From assembly GCA_040954595.2 (NCBI GenBank), contig CM082590.2, forward strand, positions 4,216,001 through 4,280,000: a DNA stretch of 64,000 nucleotides. The letters are read 5' to 3'. Numbering within the stretch: the first letter of the stretch is position 1; every line of letters starts with the position of its first letter. The notes below the pieces were generated by a model. The model was not told the origin of the DNA. It did no database searches and saw nothing but the letters and a program-made list of their open reading frames with translations. The position numbers and the translations under genes are program-made. This document shows positions 39,821-53,185 of this stretch, piece after piece. Source of the DNA: Balanoglossus misakiensis (Eukaryota; Animalia; Hemichordata).

Positions 39821-41366
39821 ACTTCTTTGCTATTTAAACATTACATTTTGAGTAAAAGGGGTGAAATGGGATTAAAGTTTATAGTGACATATCGAAAAGA
39901 ATCTATTTCAATTCGTTCATTTCTGAAATATGATAATATGAATATGCATGTTTTATTCGCCATATATGAACACCAATGAAAAGCTATGTTTCCAGCTTAG
40001 GTATCGGTGGATTTGAACCACCTGACATCAGAAGACGCCTCCAGAATACCTTTAATTTGGTTGCATAATTTTCATGTGAATGTTCATAATATAGCGAGTG
40101 ATTAATCCCTAATTTATTGTTTTTGGGGGTGGGGGTGGGGGGGGGGGGAGTTCAAGTAGCATATCTTGCAGGCCAATTTGAAACAATGTGTCATGTGGTT
40201 AAACTGAAAGAAATGAACCAATATAGTTTCATTTCTTTTTGAAACAAGGTGTCATTTGGTTGAACAATGGGCCAGTCAAAATAGCATCTGCTAATTATGC
40301 ACACAATATTGTGATGGGTTAGTGGGTTAAGTTTACTTTTACCTTAGCATTATATAACACACTATCGTGTACATAATCTCGCAGAGCTCATTCACAATTG
40401 TTTTAAAATAAAGCAAGATAACTACATGTGTGATAACACATCTAATTTACGCGCCTAAAGGGCAGTTAAAAAACCTCATACCAATTACAAAAGAGGGAAA
40501 AAAAACTGTCCTCTCCTCCTCTCACCCCATGATCTAAGCTAAATTTGGAATTTGGATGGGGTGGGGAGGTTAAGCTAACCTAACATTGTGCTAACATTTT
40601 CTGCATGTCTGTCGCGTACAATGTGTCGATGCGCGAATACAATCACGGGTACCGTTGCGAGAAATTCCACCGAATAACGATGCTGACGAGTATTATCTAT
40701 CTGAGAAATAATAGCATGTTATTCATAAATTATACACATTAACCAATGAATGAACCAACATGATTATTAGACCTTGGACACTTATTTAACATTTTATCAT
40801 TATTATACCCCTGTCATCATCATCAATATTAACACCCTTTTTATACTTAATATCACCATAAGCCATCACCACAATTATTAATCGTTATTATACCCTTGCA
40901 CAATTGTTACCCTTATTAAACCCGACACAGTTATTACTATTATTATACCCTTCTCATTCATATACCCATTATAACCTGTGTACACAAGCCATCATCATAT
41001 TATAAACCCGTTATACCTTTTTATACCACATTTGTTACCCTAATATTATTCCCTTCATACAAGCAACCGTTGTTACCCCTTTATAACCTGTGTACACTCA
41101 AATTTTACCATAAAACCATCATCACATTTGTAACCCTTTTATTAAACCAAATTCAAATTTGTTCACCGTTATTATACCATACACATTTCGGAACCTATTA
41201 TCATACCCTGCACAAAGCCATTGCTGTTAACCTAATTTTAAAACAAGTAATCACTACCAATTATTAACCCGATTTATTGGACTATTAAGTTTTATATTAC
41301 GATCACCTCGTTTTGTACGTCTATATTACTCTATCTTATAATTTCGGTCAATAGGATATTATGTTG

Positions 41367-41905
41367 AAACTCCACTTCTCCATTCTTCCACTTCTCCATC
41401 CTTTAGGTTGACGCTCCATCCATCCATCCATCAAAGTTTATATTAGTAGGTTGACTATGGTTGACACTCCGCTCCATCCTCCCATCAAATTTTACGTTAG
41501 TTGGTTGATTATGGTGTTACCAGTGTGCCCTACAGGAAAGAAAAAGAGGAAAAAACAGAGAAAAAACTCCACTTCTCCATCCTTCCACTTCTCCATCCTT
41601 TAAGTTGACGCTCCGCGGCACCATCCATCCATCAAAGTTTATATTTTAGTAAGTTGACTATGGTTGACGCTCCGCTCCATCCATCCATCAAAGTTTATAT
41701 TAGTACGTTGACTATGGTTGACGCTCCGCTCCATTCATCCATCAAAGTTTATATTAGTAGGTTGACTATGGTTGACGCTCCCCTCCATCCATCCATCAAA
41801 GTTTATATTAGTAGGTTGACTATGGTTGACACTCCGCTCCATCCATCCATCAAATTTTACGTTAGTAGGTTGATTATGGTGTTACCATTGGGGCCTACAG
41901 GGAAA
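41367..41905 (+). repeat. 54-bp minisatellite (about 7 full or partial copies in two blocks), followed by a purine-rich tract
   Basis: gttgactatggttgacgctccgctccatccatccatcaaagtttatattagtag repeated. Confidence 0.88.
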
Positions 41906-44687
41906 AAAAGAAAAAAAAGAGAAAAGAAGAGAAAAAAAGAAAGAAAGAAAGAAAGAGAGAGAGAAGGAGAAGAGTACCGGTGGGACCTACAAAAAAAAAG
42001 AATGAAAGAATTAAATGCATGAAATCAATGATAATAATAGGATTAATTTGGCAAGCCAGCCCAACCCAACATACTGCGGGTCAAGGGGTACATATGGTCA
42101 ATTAATGAAAAAAAAATAAAGTGCAACAAACATTGGCTAGGTCAAAGCAGTTCCTATGGATACCAGAGAGTGCCAATGCTGTATCTGCTATGTATATAGG
42201 AAAGCAGATCAAAGGTCACCAAGAGCTCACCCAAAATTGTCAACAAATTTTTCTTCCAAAATGATCAGTGTAAAATGAAAAACAAGACTTCTGGCTCTAT
42301 TGGTTAACCTGGTAATTAGGTGTTCCAGCCCTCAAAATTTGAAGGCGTTATCTGCTGTGCATGCCAAGGCAGGGAAAATAGGTTAAAGGTAACCAAAGCT
42401 AACAAAAATGTCAGAAAAAAATGTGATCGCATACTGGTGAATGTTCAAGAAAACCCAGACTCAAAGCTTCATTATCTAGTCTACAATTACGTAAGCACAT
42501 ATTTATAAGGTTATCATTGGTCAAGAAATTCAGCAAAAAAATTAAGTCCAATAGTAGAGCATGTTCATAAAAAATTCAACCTGTAACAATATGGGTAAGC
42601 TCAGCATTAGATATTCACATATTTAATAAGCTCAACATTGGTCCAGTGGATTCCAAATGTAACAAAAAAGCTAAGTCCCATACTTGTCCATATACATCAA
42701 AAACCAAACCTCTAGTGCTATTAGTCTAGTCGCCATAAGATATTCAGAAAAGAATACAGGTGCCAAACTTAGGACAAAGTTCAATGCCAATATTATCAAA
42801 AAATTTGGGTTATGTCCTGGCAGCAGTACTATTCGTGTGAAAAATAAATCATCACTGTTTTGCTTTTCAACAAGAGGCATATCCACGAATAATTAAGTTC
42901 TGAAAAAAAATGGATCAAAGTACATGCGAAAGTTGCCAAAAAATGCAACGTATTCTGGTCATATGGTGACTCATATCTATAAAAAGAATTGGTGTGCAAT
43001 CAAAGTTTTTAATCGGAATTCATAAAATCCAATTTGGCTTCAATAAACTTTAATTAAGTTCTGAAAGATCTGGATCAAAAGACAAATGAAAGTTGCCTAA
43101 AAATTTGTATTATTAAGTGTTGAAAAAACTGGATTAAAGGACATGTGCAATATGCCAAAAATGGTAACATATTCTGGTCATATAGTGAGTCATATACATA
43201 TAAATAATGTTTGTGCTATCAATGAGTAGGCCATAAATAGGAAATCTTAGTTTTAAATCGTTGTTCAGAAAATCCAATTTGGCTCCAATAAGGTTTAACC
43301 AATCACAATTCACTTGAAAACTTGATTAGAAAAAGTGTTTTAATGATATTTTTCAAAAATCTAATAAGGAATTCTAAGTCACATGACTACTAGCAATATT
43401 ACAGTCAAACTTTGAACTGCACAGTATATTCGAACTTGATTGTCACTGTAGTTTTTGAAAAGAACTGTCATCTTTTAAAGGTTATCAGAAAATCCATTAT
43501 GGCCACCATGAAGAAGACAATTAAAGGAACATGCAGCATTACAGGGACCAAAGCAGTTAGCATGGTTCCAACAGAAAGCAAACTCTGTATCTGTTGTGGA
43601 TGCTTAGAAATGGTAGGTAAGCCAGGGGTCACGGAAATTTGTGCCAACAAATTTTGACATCAAACTGATCAGTGTTCAACAAAAAAACAGACCTTTATTC
43701 TCAATTGGTTAACTAGAAAAAGCTTATGTACACAACTTTTGTGTTAAAGTTTAATACTTTATTAGGTGTTTAAGGCCTAAAAATCTGAAGGCTGTATCTG
43801 CTGTGCAGGCCAGGTTATGGGAAAGTACATCAAAGGTCATTGCCAAAATTATCAAAATATTTGGGTTATGTCCTGGCAGCAGTAGTACTCTTTGAAAAAA
43901 ATCATGACTGTTGAGCTTTTTATCAAGAGCCATATCCACATAAAATTAAGTTATGGAATTACTGGATCAAAGGACATGCGAGAGTCACCAACAAATTGTT
44001 TAATCAAATACTGAAAAAAAACTGGATCAAAGAACATATGAAAGTTGTCAAAAAATGTAACATATTCTAGTCATATGGTGACTCGTATCCACAGAAAGAA
44101 TTTGTGTGCTTTCAATGAGTAGGATAAAAAAAGGAATTTTAGCTTTTAATCGGAGTTCAGAAAATCCAATTTGGCTCTGATAAGGTTAAACCAATCACAA
44201 TTCACTTGAAAACTTGATTAGAAAAAGATTTTCGTAATTTTTGAATGAGATTTTTAAAAAATCCAATAAGGCACCAAAAGTCACATGACCACTAATGATA
44301 TTTTATCAAACTTTCAACCGCACAGTAAATTAGAACTTGATTGGCCCTGTAGTTTATGAAAATGTCAACCTTTAAAGCTTATTAGAAAATCCAATATGGC
44401 CGCCATGAAGAAGACAATTACAACTAAAAGTAGCATTGGAGGGACCAAGGTGTTAAGCATGGTTCCAACAGAAAGCAAAGGCTGTATCTATTGTGAATGC
44501 CTAGAAATGGTAAAGTATGCCAGAGGTGATGCAAAATGTGCCAACAAAATTTGATACCAAACTGATCAGTGTCCAACAAAAAGCAGACTTCTACGCTTTA
44601 TTGGTTAACTTTAAATAGCTCATATGCATAATTAGTGTGTTAAAGTGAACACATGCACTTCATTAGGTGTTCCAGTCCTCTAAATTT

Positions 44688-46609
44688 ACAAGTGACCTAT
44701 TGGTCAAATGAGCTCTGCTGACCTTAACAGTGTAACCTGGACAATGATATGAATACCCTAGGTTTTAATTCATAACAATTGTATTCTATTGAACAAAACC
44801 AAACATAGACATCACAAGTATTTATCCAAATTCAGCTTGATTCATTGCACTAAAGAAAGAAAGAATTGAATTCTAAAGAACAACATCAAAAGGAAGTACC
44901 AAGGTTCTAATTTGTATATTCATGACCCCATCAAAATTCCAATTAACAAAATCAGGTAGGGGCACCATACCACACATTCCTACCAATTTTCAGCTCCATC
45001 GTACATGTAGTTAGGGAGAAGAAGATTTTTTTACCAAAAATTTTATTTTTAGATCTAATTTGCATATTCATGACCCGATCAAATCCAAATTAACACAAGT
45101 GACCTATCGGTCAAAAGAGCTCTGCTGACTTTAACAGTGAAACCTATAGCTGGGCAATGATATGAATACCCTAGGTTTTAATCATAACAATTGTATTCTA
45201 TTAAACAAAACCAAACATAGACATCACAAGTATTTAATATCCACATTCAGCTTGATTCATTGTGCTAAAGAAAGAAAGAATTTATTCCTAAAGAACAACA
45301 TCAAAAGGAAGTACCAATGTTCTAATTTGCATATTCATGACACGATCAAAATTCCAATAAAACAAAATCAGGTAGGGGCACCATAACACACATTCTACCA
45401 AATTTCAACTCCATCGTAAATGTATTTAGGGAGAAGATTTTTTTACCAAAAATTCTATTTTTAGATCTAATTTGCATATTTATGACCCCATCATATCCAA
45501 ATTAGCAAAATCAGGTAGGGACACTATAACACACATTCCTACTAAATTTCAGCTCCATCGTACAAATAGTTAGGGAGAAGAAGATTTTTTACCAAAAATT
45601 ATATTTTTAGATCTAATTTACATATTCATGACCCGATCATATCCAAATTTATAAAATCAGGTAGGGGCATCATAACACACATTCCTACTATATTTCAGCT
45701 CCATCGTACATGTAGTTAGGGAGAAGAAAATTTTTGACCAAAAATTATATTTTTAGATCTAATTTGCATATTTATGACCCCATCAAATCCAAATTTACAA
45801 AATCAGGTAGGGGCACCATAACACACATTCCTACCAAATTTCAGCTCCATTGTACATGTAGTTATGGAGAAGAAGATTTTTTACCAAAATTCTATTTTTA
45901 GATCTAATTTGCATATTTATGACCCCATCAAATCCAAATTTACAAAATCAGGTAGGGGCACCATAACACACATTCCTGCCAAATTTCAGGTCCATTGCAC
46001 ATGTAGTTGTGGAGAAGAAGATTTTTACCAAAAGTTCTATTTTTAGATCTAATTTGCATATTCATGACCCCATCAAATCCAAATTAACAAAATCAGTTAA
46101 CCAAATTTCAGCTAAATATGCCCAGTTGTTTTAAAGAAGAAGATTGAAATACAAAAAGTTGACGGACGACGGACGACGGACGACAGACGACAGACGACGG
46201 ACAACGGACGACGGACGGACACTTATCAACCTACTGCTACAGCTCGGCTGACACAAGTGACAGCAGAGCTAAAAATCAGGTAGGGACACCATAACACACA
46301 TTCCTACCAAATTTCAGCTCCATCGGACATGTAGTTAGGGAGAAGAAGATTTTTTTACTAAAATTTTTATTTTTAGATCTAATTTGCATATTCATGACCC
46401 GATCAAATCCAAATTAACAAAATCAGGTAGGGACACTATAACACACATTCCAACCAAATTTCAGCTAAATATGCCAAGTAGTTTTATAGAAGAAGATTGA
46501 AATACCAAAAGTTGACGGACGACGGATGACGGATGACGGACGACAGACGACGGACAGACATTTATCAACCTACTGCTACAGCTCGGCTGACACAAGTGAC
46601 AGCAGAGCT
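44688..46609 (+). mobile_element. HINE (Helentron-associated, DINE-1/pearl-like architecture), outer copy carrying a nested copy
   Basis: Starts ACAAG; sub-TIR agctctgctg (44711); ~145-bp core repeats; (GACG/GAC)n microsatellite; 3' stem-loop agctcggctgacac-aa-gtgacagcagagct. Empty site aaatttaaaagctg seen at ~53930 and ~55740. Confidence 0.85.
45095..46270 (+). mobile_element. Inner HINE inserted into a core repeat of the outer HINE
   Basis: Second ACAAGTGACCTAT start at 45095 and second stem-loop end at 46270. The flanks rejoin to the core sequence tccaaattaac|aaaatcagg. Confidence 0.85.
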
Positions 46610-47458
46610 AATAAAAGCTGTATCTGCTGTGCATGCCAAGTTTTGGAAATGTAGATCAAGGGTCATTGCCAAAATTATCAAAATATTTGGGTTATGTCCT
46701 GCCAGAGTAGTACTCATGTGAACAAAATCATGACTGTTGTGCTTTTTAACAAGAGACATATCAATGTACAATTAAGTTCTGAAAGATCTTGATCAAAGGG
46801 AAAATGAAAGTTGCAAAAAATTGTATAATTAAGTGTTAAACAAAGGATCAATGGACATGTGAAAGTTGACAAATTTTTTTAACATTCTGGTCTTATGTTG
46901 ACTCTATCCATAAAAAGGCTTGGTGTGCTATCATTCAGTAGCCTACAAATAGGAAATTTTAGTTTTTAATCGGAGTTCAGAAAATCCAATTAGGCTTCAA
47001 TAAGGTTTAACCAATCACAATTTACGCGAAAGCTTGATTAAAAAAAGATTTTGGAAATTTTTCATGGTATTTTTCAAAAATCCATAATAAATCCAAATTC
47101 ACATGAACACTAACAATATTATTTTAAAAAATTGGAACGTACAGTAAATTAGAACTTGATTGGCCTTGTAATTTTTGAAAAAAAATGTCAACTTTTAAAG
47201 GTTATCAGAAAATCCAATATGGCCACCATGAAGAAGACAATTAAAAGAACATGCAGCATCACAGGGGCCAAAGCAGTTAGCATGGTTCCAACAGAAAGCA
47301 AACTCTGTATCTGTTGTGGATTCTTAGAATGGTAGGTAAGCCAGAGGTCACGGAAATTTGTGCCAACAAATTTTGATATCAAACTGATATCAAACTGATA
47401 AGTGTCCAACAAGAACCAAACTTCTAAGCTCAATTGGTTAACTTTAAATAGGATTTAA

Positions 47459-49624
47459 GTAGATCATGGCCAAAATTATCAAAATATTTGGGTTATGTCC
47501 AGGCAGCAATAGTACTCATGTGTACAAAATCATGACTGTGGTGCTTTTTAACAAGAGACATATCCAAGTAGATCAAGGGTCATGGCCAAAATTATCAAAA
47601 TATTTGGGTTATGTCCTGGCAGCAATAAAACTCATGTGAACAAAATCATGACTGTTGTGCTTTTTAACAAGAGACATATCCAAGTAGATCAATGGTCATT
47701 GCCAAAATTATCAAAATATTTGGGTAATGTCCTGGCAGCAATAAAACTCATGTGAACAAAATCATGACTGTTGTGCTTTTTAACAAGAGACATATCCAAG
47801 TAGATCAAGGGTCATTGCCAAAATTATCAAACTATTTGGGTTATGTCCTGGCAGCAATAAAACTCATGTGAACAAAATCATGACTGTTGTGCTTTTTAAC
47901 AAGAGACATATCCAAGTAGATCAAGGGTCATTGCCAAAATTATCAAAATATTTGGGTTATGTCCTGGCAGCAATAAAACTCATGTGAACAAAATCATGAC
48001 TGTTGTGCTTTTTAACAAGAGACATATCCAAGTAGATCAAGGGTCATTGCCAAAATTATCAAACTATTTGGGTTATGTCCTGGCAGCAATAAAACTCATG
48101 TGAACAAAATCATGACTGTTGTGCTTTTTAACAAGAGACATATCCAAGTAGATCAAGGGTCATTGCCAAAATTATCAAAATATTTGGGTTATGTCCTGGC
48201 AGCAATAAAACTCATGTGAACAAAATCATGACTGTTGTGCTTTTTAACAAGAGACATATCCAAGTAGATCAAGGGTCATTGCCAAAATTATCAAAATATT
48301 TGGGTTATGTCCTGGCAGCAATAAAACTCATGTGAACAAAATCATGACTGTTGTGCTTTTTAACAAGAGACATATCCAAGTAGATCAAGGGTCATTGCCA
48401 AGATTATCAAAATATTTGGGTTATGTCCAGGCAGCAATAGTACTCATGTGAACAAAATCATGACTGTTGTGCTTTTTAACAAGAGACATATCCAAGTAGA
48501 TCAAGGGTCATTGCCAAAATTATCAAAATATTTGGGTTATGTCCTGGCAGCAATAAAACTCATGTGAACAAAATCATGACTGTTGTGCTTTTTAACAAGA
48601 GACATATCCAAGTAGATTAAGGGTCATCGCCAAAGTTATCAAAATATTTGGGTTATGTCCTGGCAGCGACAAAACTCATGTGAACAAAATCATGACTGTT
48701 GTGCTTTTTAACAAGAGACATATCCAAGTAGATCAAGGGTCATGGCCAAAATTATCAAAATATTTGGGTTATGTCCTGGCAACAATAAAACTCATGTGAA
48801 CAAAATCATGACTGTTGTGCTTTTTAACAAGAGACATATCCAAGTAGATCAAGGGTCATTGCCAAAATTATCAAAATATTTGGGTTATGTCCAGGCAGCA
48901 ATAGTACTCATGTGAACAAAATCATGACTGTTGTGCTTTTTAACAAGAGACATATCCAAGTAGATCAAGGGTCATTGCCAAAATTATCAAAATATTTGGG
49001 TTATGTCCAGGCAGCAATAGTACTCATGTGAACAAAATCATGACTGTTGTGCTTTTTAACAAGAGGCATGTCCAAGTAGATCAAGGGTCATTGCCAAAAT
49101 TATCAAAATATTTGGGTTATGTCCAGGCAGCAATAGTACTCATGTGAACAAAATCATGACTGTTGTGCTTTTTAACAAGAGACATATCCAAGTAGATCAA
49201 GGGTCATTGCCAAAATTATCAAAATATTTGGGTTATGTCCAGGCAGCAATAGTACTCATGTGAACAAAATCATGACTGTTGTGCTTTTTAACAAGAGACA
49301 TATCCAAGTAGATCAAGGGTCATTACCAAGATTATCAAAATATTTGGGTTATGTCCTGGCAGCAATAAAACTCATGTGAACAAAATCATGACTGTTGTGG
49401 CTTTTAACAAGAGACATATCCAAGTAGATCAAGGGTCATTGCCAAAATTATCAAAATATTTGGGTTATGTCCTGGCAGCGATAAAACTCATGTGAACAAA
49501 GTCATGACTGTTGTGCTTTTTAACAAGAGACATATCCAAGTAGATCAAGGGTCATTGCCAAAATTATCCAAATATTTGGGTTATGTCCTGGCAGCAGTAG
49601 TACTCTTTGAACAAAATCATGACT
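47459..49624 (+). repeat. 116-bp satellite array, ~19 copies
   Basis: ccaagtagatc at 47564, 47680, 47796 etc. Confidence 0.95.
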
Positions 49625-50363
49625 TAAGTTATGGAATTACTGGATCAAAGGACATGCGAGAGTCGCCAACAAATTGTTTAATCAAATACTGAAAAAAAAC
49701 TGGATCAAAGAACATATGAAAGTTGTCAAAAAATGTAACATATTCTAGTCATATGGTGACTCGTATCCACAGAAAGAATTTGTGTGCTTTCAATGAGTAG
49801 GATAAAAAAGGAATTTTAGCTTTTAATCGGAGTTCAGAAAATCCAATTTGGCTCTGATAAGGTTAAACCAATCACAATTCACTTGAAAACCTGATTAGAA
49901 AAAGATTTTCGTAATTTTTGAATGAGATTTTTAAAAATCCAATAAGGCACCAAAAGTCACATGACCACTAATGATATTTTGTCAAACTTTCAACCGCACA
50001 GTAAATTAGAACTTGATTGGCCCTGTAGTTTATGAAAATGTCAACCTTTAAAGCTTATTAGAAAATCCAATATGGCCGCCATGAAGAAGACAATTACAAC
50101 TAAAAGTAGCATTGGAGGGACCAAGGTGTTAAGCATGGTTCCAACAGAAAGCAGAGGCTGTGTCTGTTGTGAATGCCTAGAAATGGTAAAGTACGCCAGA
50201 GGTGATGCAAAATGTGCCAACAAAATTTGATACCAAACTGATCAGTGTCCACCAAAAAGCAGACTTCTACGCTTTATTGGTTAACTTTAAATAGCTCATA
50301 TACATAATTATTGTGTTAAAGTTAACACATGCGCTTCATTAGGTGTTCCAGTCCTCTAAATTT

Positions 50364-51881
50364 ACAAGTGACCTATTGGTCAAAAGAGCTCTGCTGACCT
50401 TAACAGTGTAACCTGGGCGATGATATGAATACCCTAGGTTTTAATTCATAACAATTGTATTCTATTGACCAAAACCAAACATAGACATCACAAGTATTTA
50501 TCCAAATTCAGCTTGATTCATTGCACTAAAGAAAGAAAGAATTGAATTCTAAAGAACAACATCAAAAGGAAGTACCAACGTTCTAATTTGTATATTCATG
50601 ACCCCATCAAAATTCCAATTAACAAAATCAGGTAGGGACACCATAACACACATTCCTACCAATTTTCAGCTCCATCGTACATGTAGTTAGGGAGAAGAAG
50701 ATTTTTTTACCAAAAATTTTATTTTTAGATCTAATTTGCATATTCATGACCCGATCAAATCCAAATTTATAAAATCAGGTAGGGGCATCATAACACACAT
50801 TCCTACCATATTTCAGCTCCATCGTACATGTAGTTAGGGAGAAGAAAATTTTTGACCAAAAATTATATTTTTAGATCTAATTTGCATATTTATGACCCCA
50901 TCAAATCCAAATTTACAAAATCAGGTAGGGGCACCATAACACACATTCCTACCAAATTTCAGCTCCATTGTACATGTAGTTATGGAGAAGAAGATTTTTT
51001 ACCAAAATTCTATTTTTAGATCTAATTTGCATATTTATGACCCCATCAAATCCAAATTTACAAAATCAGGTAGGGGCACCATAACACACATTCCTGCCAA
51101 ATTTCAGGTCCATTGCACATGTAGTTGTGGAGAAGAAGATTTTTACCAAAAGTTCTATTTTTAGATCTAATTTGCATATTCATGACCCCATCAAATCCAA
51201 ATTAACAAAATCAGTTAACCAAATTTCAGCTAAATATGCCCAGTTGTTTTAAAGAAGAAGATTGAAATACAAAAAGTTGACGGACGACGGACGACGGACG
51301 ACAGACGACGGACGACAGACGACGGACGACGGACGGACACTTATCAACCTACTGCTACAGCTCGGCTGACACAAGTGACAGCAGAGCTAAAAATCAGGTA
51401 GGGACACCATAACACACATTCCTACCAAATTTCAGCTCCATCGTACATGTAGTTAGGGAGAAGAAGATTTTTTTACCAAAAATTTTATTTTTAGATCTAA
51501 TTTGCATATTCATGACCCGATCAAATCCAAATTAACAAAATCAGGTAGGGACACCATAACACACATTCCTACCAAATTTCAGCTCCATCGTACATGTAGT
51601 TAGGGAGAAGAAGATTTTTTTACCAAAAATTTTATTTTTAGATCTAATTTGCATATTCATGACCCGATCAAATCCAAATTAACAAAATCAGGTAGGGACA
51701 CCATAACACACATTCCAACCAAATTTCAGCTAAATATGCCAAGTAGTTTTATAGAAGAAGATTGAAATACCAAAAGTTGACGGACGACGGATGACGGATG
51801 ACGGACGACGGACGACAGACGACGGACGGACATTTATCAACCTACTGCTACAGCTCGGCTGACACAAGTGACAGCAGAGCT
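50364..51881 (+). mobile_element. HINE with one 5' end and two 3' ends (collapsed nested form)
   Basis: ACAAG start at 50364. Microsatellite plus stem-loop ending at 51388 and again at 51881. Confidence 0.85.
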
Positions 51882-52730
51882 AATAAAAGCTGTATCTGCT
51901 GTGCATGCCAAGTTTTGGAAATGTAGATCAAGGGTCATTGCCAAAATTATCAAAATATTTGGGTTATGTCCTGCCAGAGTAGTACTCATGTGAACAAAAT
52001 CATGACTGTTGTGCTTTTTAACAAGAGACATATCAATGTACAATTAAGTTCTGAAAGATCTTGATCAAAGGGAAAATGAAAGTTGCAAAAAATTGTATAA
52101 TTAAGTGTTAAAAAAAGGATCAATGGACATGTGAAAGTTGACAAATTTTTTTAACATTCTGGTCTTATGTTGACTCTATCCATAAAAAGGCTTGGTGTGC
52201 TATCATTCAGTAGCCTACAAATAGGAAATTTTAGTTTTTAATCGGAGTTCAGAAAATACAATTAGGCTTCAATAAGGTTTAACCAATCACAATTTACGCG
52301 AAAGCGTGATTAAAAAAAGATTATGGAAATTTTTCATGGGATTTTTCAAAAATCCATAATAAATCCAAATTCACATGAACACTAACAATATTATTTTAAA
52401 AAATTGGAACGTACAGTAAATTAGAACTTGATTGGCCTTGTAATTTTTGAAAAAAAATGTCAACTTTTAAAGGTTATCAGAAAATCCAATATGGCCACCA
52501 TGAAGAAGACAATTAAAAGAACATGCAGCATCACAGGGGCCAAAGCAGTTAGCATGGTTCCAACAGAAAGCAAACTCTGTATCTGTTGTGGATTCTTAGA
52601 ATGGTAGGTAAGCCAGAGGTCACGGAAATTTATGCCAACAAATTTTGATATCAAACTGATATCAAACTGATAAGTGTCCAACAAGAACCAAACTTCTAAG
52701 CTCAATTGGTTAACTTTAAATAGGATTTAA

Positions 52731-53185
52731 GTAGATCATGGCCAAAATTATCAAAATATTTGGGTTATGTCCAGGCAGCAATAGTACTCATGTGTACAAA
52801 ATCATGACTGTTGTGCTTTTTAACAAGAGACATATCCAAGTAGATCAAGGGTCATGGCCAAAATTATCAAAATATTTGGGTTATGTCCTGGCAGCAATAA
52901 AACTCATGTGAACAAAATCATGACTGTTGTGCTTTTTAACAAGAGACATATCCAAGTAGATCAATGGTCATTGCCAAAATTATCAAAATATTTGGGTTAT
53001 GTCCCGGCAGCAGTAGTACTCTATGAACAAAATCATGACTGTTGTGCTTTTTAACAAGAGACATATCCAAGTAGATCAATGGTCATTGCCAAAATTATCA
53101 AAATATTTGGGTTATGTCCTGGCAGCAGTAGTACTCTATGAACAAAATCATGACTGTTGAGCTTTTTATCAAGAGCCATATCCAC
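52731..53185 (+). repeat. 116-bp satellite array, ~4 copies (2 more copies at 54771-54993)
   Basis: Same monomer. Confidence 0.9.

Noticed and set aside
40125-40148. G-quadruplex-forming G runs (also homopolymers at ~3708, ~13964, ~15214)
   Set aside because: Simple homopolymer runs with no supporting context; lengths are error-prone.
41654-42022. 122-aa repeat protein with basic tail
   Set aside because: The 54-bp minisatellite is in frame by chance and is followed by an A/G low-complexity tract. No coding evidence.
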